From the NCBI GenBank assembly GCA_963730185.1, contig CAVSQW010000006.1:96001-160000 (forward strand): a DNA stretch of 64,000 nt, written 5' to 3'. Shown here in pieces: positions 61,006-64,000 of the stretch. The number at the start of each line of letters is the position of its first letter. Position 1 is the stretch's first letter. This DNA comes from an uncultured Gemmatimonadales bacterium (lineage in GTDB: Bacteria; Gemmatimonadota; Gemmatimonadetes; Gemmatimonadales; GWC2-71-9). The notes below the pieces were generated by a model that worked only from the letters and a program-made list of their open reading frames with translations, was not told the DNA's origin and made no database searches. The translations under genes were made by a program, and so were the position numbers.

Positions 61006-61683
61006 TCAGTCGTCGCGGCTACAGAGGAGAAGTCCACCCAGCTCGTGCCCGACCACCTGTTCGCCGGTCTCGAGGGCAACCCGGACCGGTCCGTTGAACG
61101 GCTGCCGGTCCCGCACAGTCAGCCGGGCGCCGGGGACGAGGCCGTTGGCCGCGAGGTAGCGCAGCCGCTGGTCGTCGGCCGTGTCGACCCGGGCGATGGT
61201 GACCGTCTCGCCGACCTCGAGGTCGGTGAGGGGCACGTGGATGAACTCGGCGATCCGGCCTTCGGCGTCGGGGATCGGATCGCCGTGGGGGTCGACCCGC
61301 GGGTGGCCGAGGGCGTGCGCCATCCGCTCGATCAGGATGTCCGAGACGGCGTGCTCGAGCCGTTCGGCCTCGTCGTGCACGGTGTCCCAGGTATACCCCA
61401 GGAAGTCGACCAGGAAGGCCTCGATCAGGCGGTGGCGACGAAGCACCCGGAGGGCGACCCGCCGTCCCTCCGCCGTCAGCTCGACGCCCCGGTAGGGCAG
61501 GTGCTCCAGCCAGCCTCGCTCGGAGAGCCGCTTGACCATGCCGCTCACCGAGGCCGGTGCCAGCGACAGGTGGTCGGCGATCGCGGTGGTGCTGGCGGGG
61601 CCGTCGGCCGACAGCCGGTAGACGGCCTTGAGGTAGTCCTCGGTCGAGCGGGTGAGCGGCTCCCGGTCCAGGTGGGCGGTCAT
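61006..61683 (-). CDS. DtxR/MntR-family metal-dependent regulator with C-terminal FeoA domain
   Basis: EDYLKAVY, RRHRLIEAFL, VHDEAERLEH, DPHGDPIP. Confidence 0.93.
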   Translation of the reverse strand: MTAHLDREPLTRSTEDYLKAVYRLSADGPASTTAIADHLSLAPASVSGMVKRLSERGWLEHLPYRGVELTAEGRRVALRVLRRHRLIEAFLVDFLGYTWDTVHDEAERLEHAVSDILIERMAHALGHPRVDPHGDPIPDAEGRIAEFIHVPLTDLEVGETVTIARVDTADDQRLRYLAANGLVPGARLTVRDRQPFNGPVRVALETGEQVVGHELGGLLLCSRDD

Positions 61684-61693
61684 GACGCGGCCC

Positions 61694-63937
61694 TCAGACG
61701 CCGCTGGCGAGCCGCCAGATCTGGGCGACCAGGAAGCAGAGCGAGAAGCCCATGACCAGCGGCAGCACCGCGGAGACCACGGTCCACTTCAAGCTCCTGG
61801 TCTCCTTGTAAATGGTGTAGAGCGTGGTCGAGCAGGGGTTGTGGAGCAGCGAGAAGAGCATCAGGCAGAGCCCGGTCAGCGTGGTCCAGCCCGCCGCGCC
61901 GAGGATCTTGCCCACTTCGGTCGCGGAGTCGAGCTGGAACATCACCCCGGCGCCGGCGCCGACGCCGGTCATCCCCGCGGTGAGCACCGTGAGCATGAGC
62001 ACGCTCGGGATCACGATCTCGTTGGCGGGAATCGCGATGACGTAGGCCAGCAGGATGACGCCGTTGAGGCCGACCATCAGGCCGAAGGGATCGAACCAAT
62101 GGACCACGTGCTCGGCCACGCTGGCGCCGCCCACGTGAACGTTGGCGACCAGCCAGATGACCGCGCCGGCCGGGGCGGCGAACACCACCGCCCGCCAGAG
62201 GACGATCAGGGTGCGGTCGATCAGCGAGGTGTAGAGGGTCTCCAGCAGCCGGGGCGGCCGGTAGGGTGGCAGCTCCAGGCTGAAGGTGGTGGCCTCGCCC
62301 TTGAGCATGGTGCGGGTCAGGAACCAGGACGAGAGAAACATCGCGGCGACGCCGAGGAGGGCGATCCCCACCACGGCGGTGGCGGCGACGAACCCGGCGA
62401 TCCGGGGCGGCGCGAGGGCGCCCAGGAAGATGGTGGCGATCAGGATCTGGGTGGGCCACCGCCCGTTGCAGAGCGAGAAGTTGTTGGTGATGATGGCGAC
62501 CAGCCGCTCCCGCGGACTGTCGATGATCCGGGTGGCCACCACGCCGGCGGCGTTGCAGCCGAACCCCATGCACATGGTGAGGGCCTGCTTCCCGTGGGCA
62601 CCGGCCCGCTGGAAGAGCCGGTCCAGGTTGAACGCCACCCGCGGCAGGTAGCCGAAGTCCTCGAGCAAGGTGAAGAGCGGGAAGAAGATCGCCATCGGGG
62701 GGAGCATCACGCTCACCACCCAGGCGGTCGCGAGATAAACCCCGTCGAAGAGAAAGCCGCTCAACCACCAGGGCATCCCGATCCCGGCCCCCAGGGCCTT
62801 GAGTGCCGGATGGGCCTGGTCGATCAGCACGTGGGCGAGCATCTCGGACGGCACGTTGGCGCCGGCGATGGTGATCCAGAAGACCGCCATCAGGAGGAGC
62901 AGCATCACCGGGAACCCCAGCCAGCGGCTGGTGAGGATCCGGTCGAGGGTCCGATCCCAATCGAACCGCGCCTTCCGGACGCCGGTGAGCACGGCCGTCG
63001 CCGCGATCCGCTCGGCCGCGCCGTAGATGCTGGCCATTAGGGCGTCGTGGAAATTCGGGCTCAGGCGCCAACGGGCGTCCTCCACGGCGTCGAGCAGCGC
63101 CTGCTGGGCTCCGGACAGGGGGGCGGCCGGGGCGGCTTCCGGGACCTCCGCCCGCCATTCCCCGCTCGCGAGGTGCCCGATCTCGCCGTTCCGGACCGCG
63201 GCGACCACCCGCTCGTCGGCGTTGAGCAGCCGGAGCGCCACCCAGCGAGCGTTAGGCAGGGCCGGAAAGGCGGCCTCGATCAGGGGCACCAGCGAGGAGA
63301 TGGCGGACTCGACTTCGGGCGGGTGCTCCTCGATCCGGAACGGCACCGGGCGACGGACGCCGGTCGCCACGTCGTGAATCGCCCGCTGCAGCTCGGTCAC
63401 CCCCTCGCCCCGGCGGGCGGAGGTGGGCACCACCGGCACGCCGAGCGCCTGCTCGAGCTTGATCGGATCGACCGCGATGCCGTGGCGGCGGGCTTCGTCC
63501 ATGAGATTGAGACAGAGCACCACCCGGTCGGTGATCTCGAGCACCTGGAGAGCCAGGTTGAGATTGCGCTCCAGGCGGGTGGCATCGAGCACGACGACGG
63601 TCACGTCGGGGCGGCCAAAGAGAATGAAATCGCGGGCGACTTCCTCGTCGGCGCTCCCGGCCTGGAGCGAGTAGGTGCCCGGCAGGTCCACCAAGCGGGC
63701 CCGCTTGCCCTCGTGCACGAACGACCCTTCGGCCCGGGCCACGGTCTTGCCGGGCCAGTTGCCGGTGTGCTGGCGGAGGCCGGTGAGCGCGTTGAAGACC
63801 GTGCTCTTCCCGGTGTTCGGATTGCCGGCGAGGGCCACGAGGTAGTCGTAGCGGCTGGACGGACCGGTCAGGGTCACCAGCTCCGGCCGGCGGCGACCGA
63901 GGCCGAGTGGCCGGTGCGCCGGTGCCTGGCTGGTCAT
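61694..63937 (-). CDS. feoB: Ferrous iron transporter B
   Basis: [45 protein letters not shown]. Confidence 0.96.
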   Translation of the reverse strand: MTSQAPAHRPLGLGRRRPELVTLTGPSSRYDYLVALAGNPNTGKSTVFNALTGLRQHTGNWPGKTVARAEGSFVHEGKRARLVDLPGTYSLQAGSADEEVARDFILFGRPDVTVVVLDATRLERNLNLALQVLEITDRVVLCLNLMDEARRHGIAVDPIKLEQALGVPVVPTSARRGEGVTELQRAIHDVATGVRRPVPFRIEEHPPEVESAISSLVPLIEAAFPALPNARWVALRLLNADERVVAAVRNGEIGHLASGEWRAEVPEAAPAAPLSGAQQALLDAVEDARWRLSPNFHDALMASIYGAAERIAATAVLTGVRKARFDWDRTLDRILTSRWLGFPVMLLLLMAVFWITIAGANVPSEMLAHVLIDQAHPALKALGAGIGMPWWLSGFLFDGVYLATAWVVSVMLPPMAIFFPLFTLLEDFGYLPRVAFNLDRLFQRAGAHGKQALTMCMGFGCNAAGVVATRIIDSPRERLVAIITNNFSLCNGRWPTQILIATIFLGALAPPRIAGFVAATAVVGIALLGVAAMFLSSWFLTRTMLKGEATTFSLELPPYRPPRLLETLYTSLIDRTLIVLWRAVVFAAPAGAVIWLVANVHVGGASVAEHVVHWFDPFGLMVGLNGVILLAYVIAIPANEIVIPSVLMLTVLTAGMTGVGAGAGVMFQLDSATEVGKILGAAGWTTLTGLCLMLFSLLHNPCSTTLYTIYKETRSLKWTVVSAVLPLVMGFSLCFLVAQIWRLASGV

Positions 63938-64000
63938 GAGGCGGCCTCGCCGGCGGCGGCAACGACGGCGGCCTCGAGCGGGTGGCGGCGGATGTAGATC
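63934..64000 (-). CDS. 3' end of the upstream gene, probably FeoA-domain (partial)
   Basis: ...[21 protein letters not shown] with ATGA overlap onto the feoB start; identity inferred from context. Confidence 0.45.
   Translation of the reverse strand, partial: IYIRRHPLEAAVVAAAGEAAS

Overview
High-GC bacterial chromosomal window, probably Gemmatimonadota (inferred from gene content, not proven). It is densely coding, with about 55 CDS, two tRNAs (Gln-CTG, Ala-CGC) and a cobalamin riboswitch. Main blocks: a recQ 5' end; a secreted multicopper oxidase/LVIVD operon; an S9 peptidase-GGT-ATP-grasp operon; a beta-propeller pair; a PAS hybrid kinase; an NHEJ neighbourhood (ligD, ku, DUF72, and a UvrD helicase with an inserted DEDDh exonuclease); a MenAT-like toxin-antitoxin pair; a ~2.1 kb remnant island bounded by a duplicated tRNA-Gln 3' half; a class II photolyase; an intact but catalytically dead RAYT/HUH-transposase derivative; rnz, corA, mlaFED, short mutY and nadE; an unusual MacB/LolCDE-type ABC cluster with an apparently split permease fused to an AttH/lipocalin-like domain and an embedded ECF sigma/anti-sigma pair; a riboswitch-controlled btuB operon; and feoB with a DtxR-family regulator. 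Seven apparent frameshifts in otherwise intact genes suggest assembly indel errors. No CRISPR array, rRNA or intact integrase/transposase was seen. All family calls are by eye from motifs; no database search was run.
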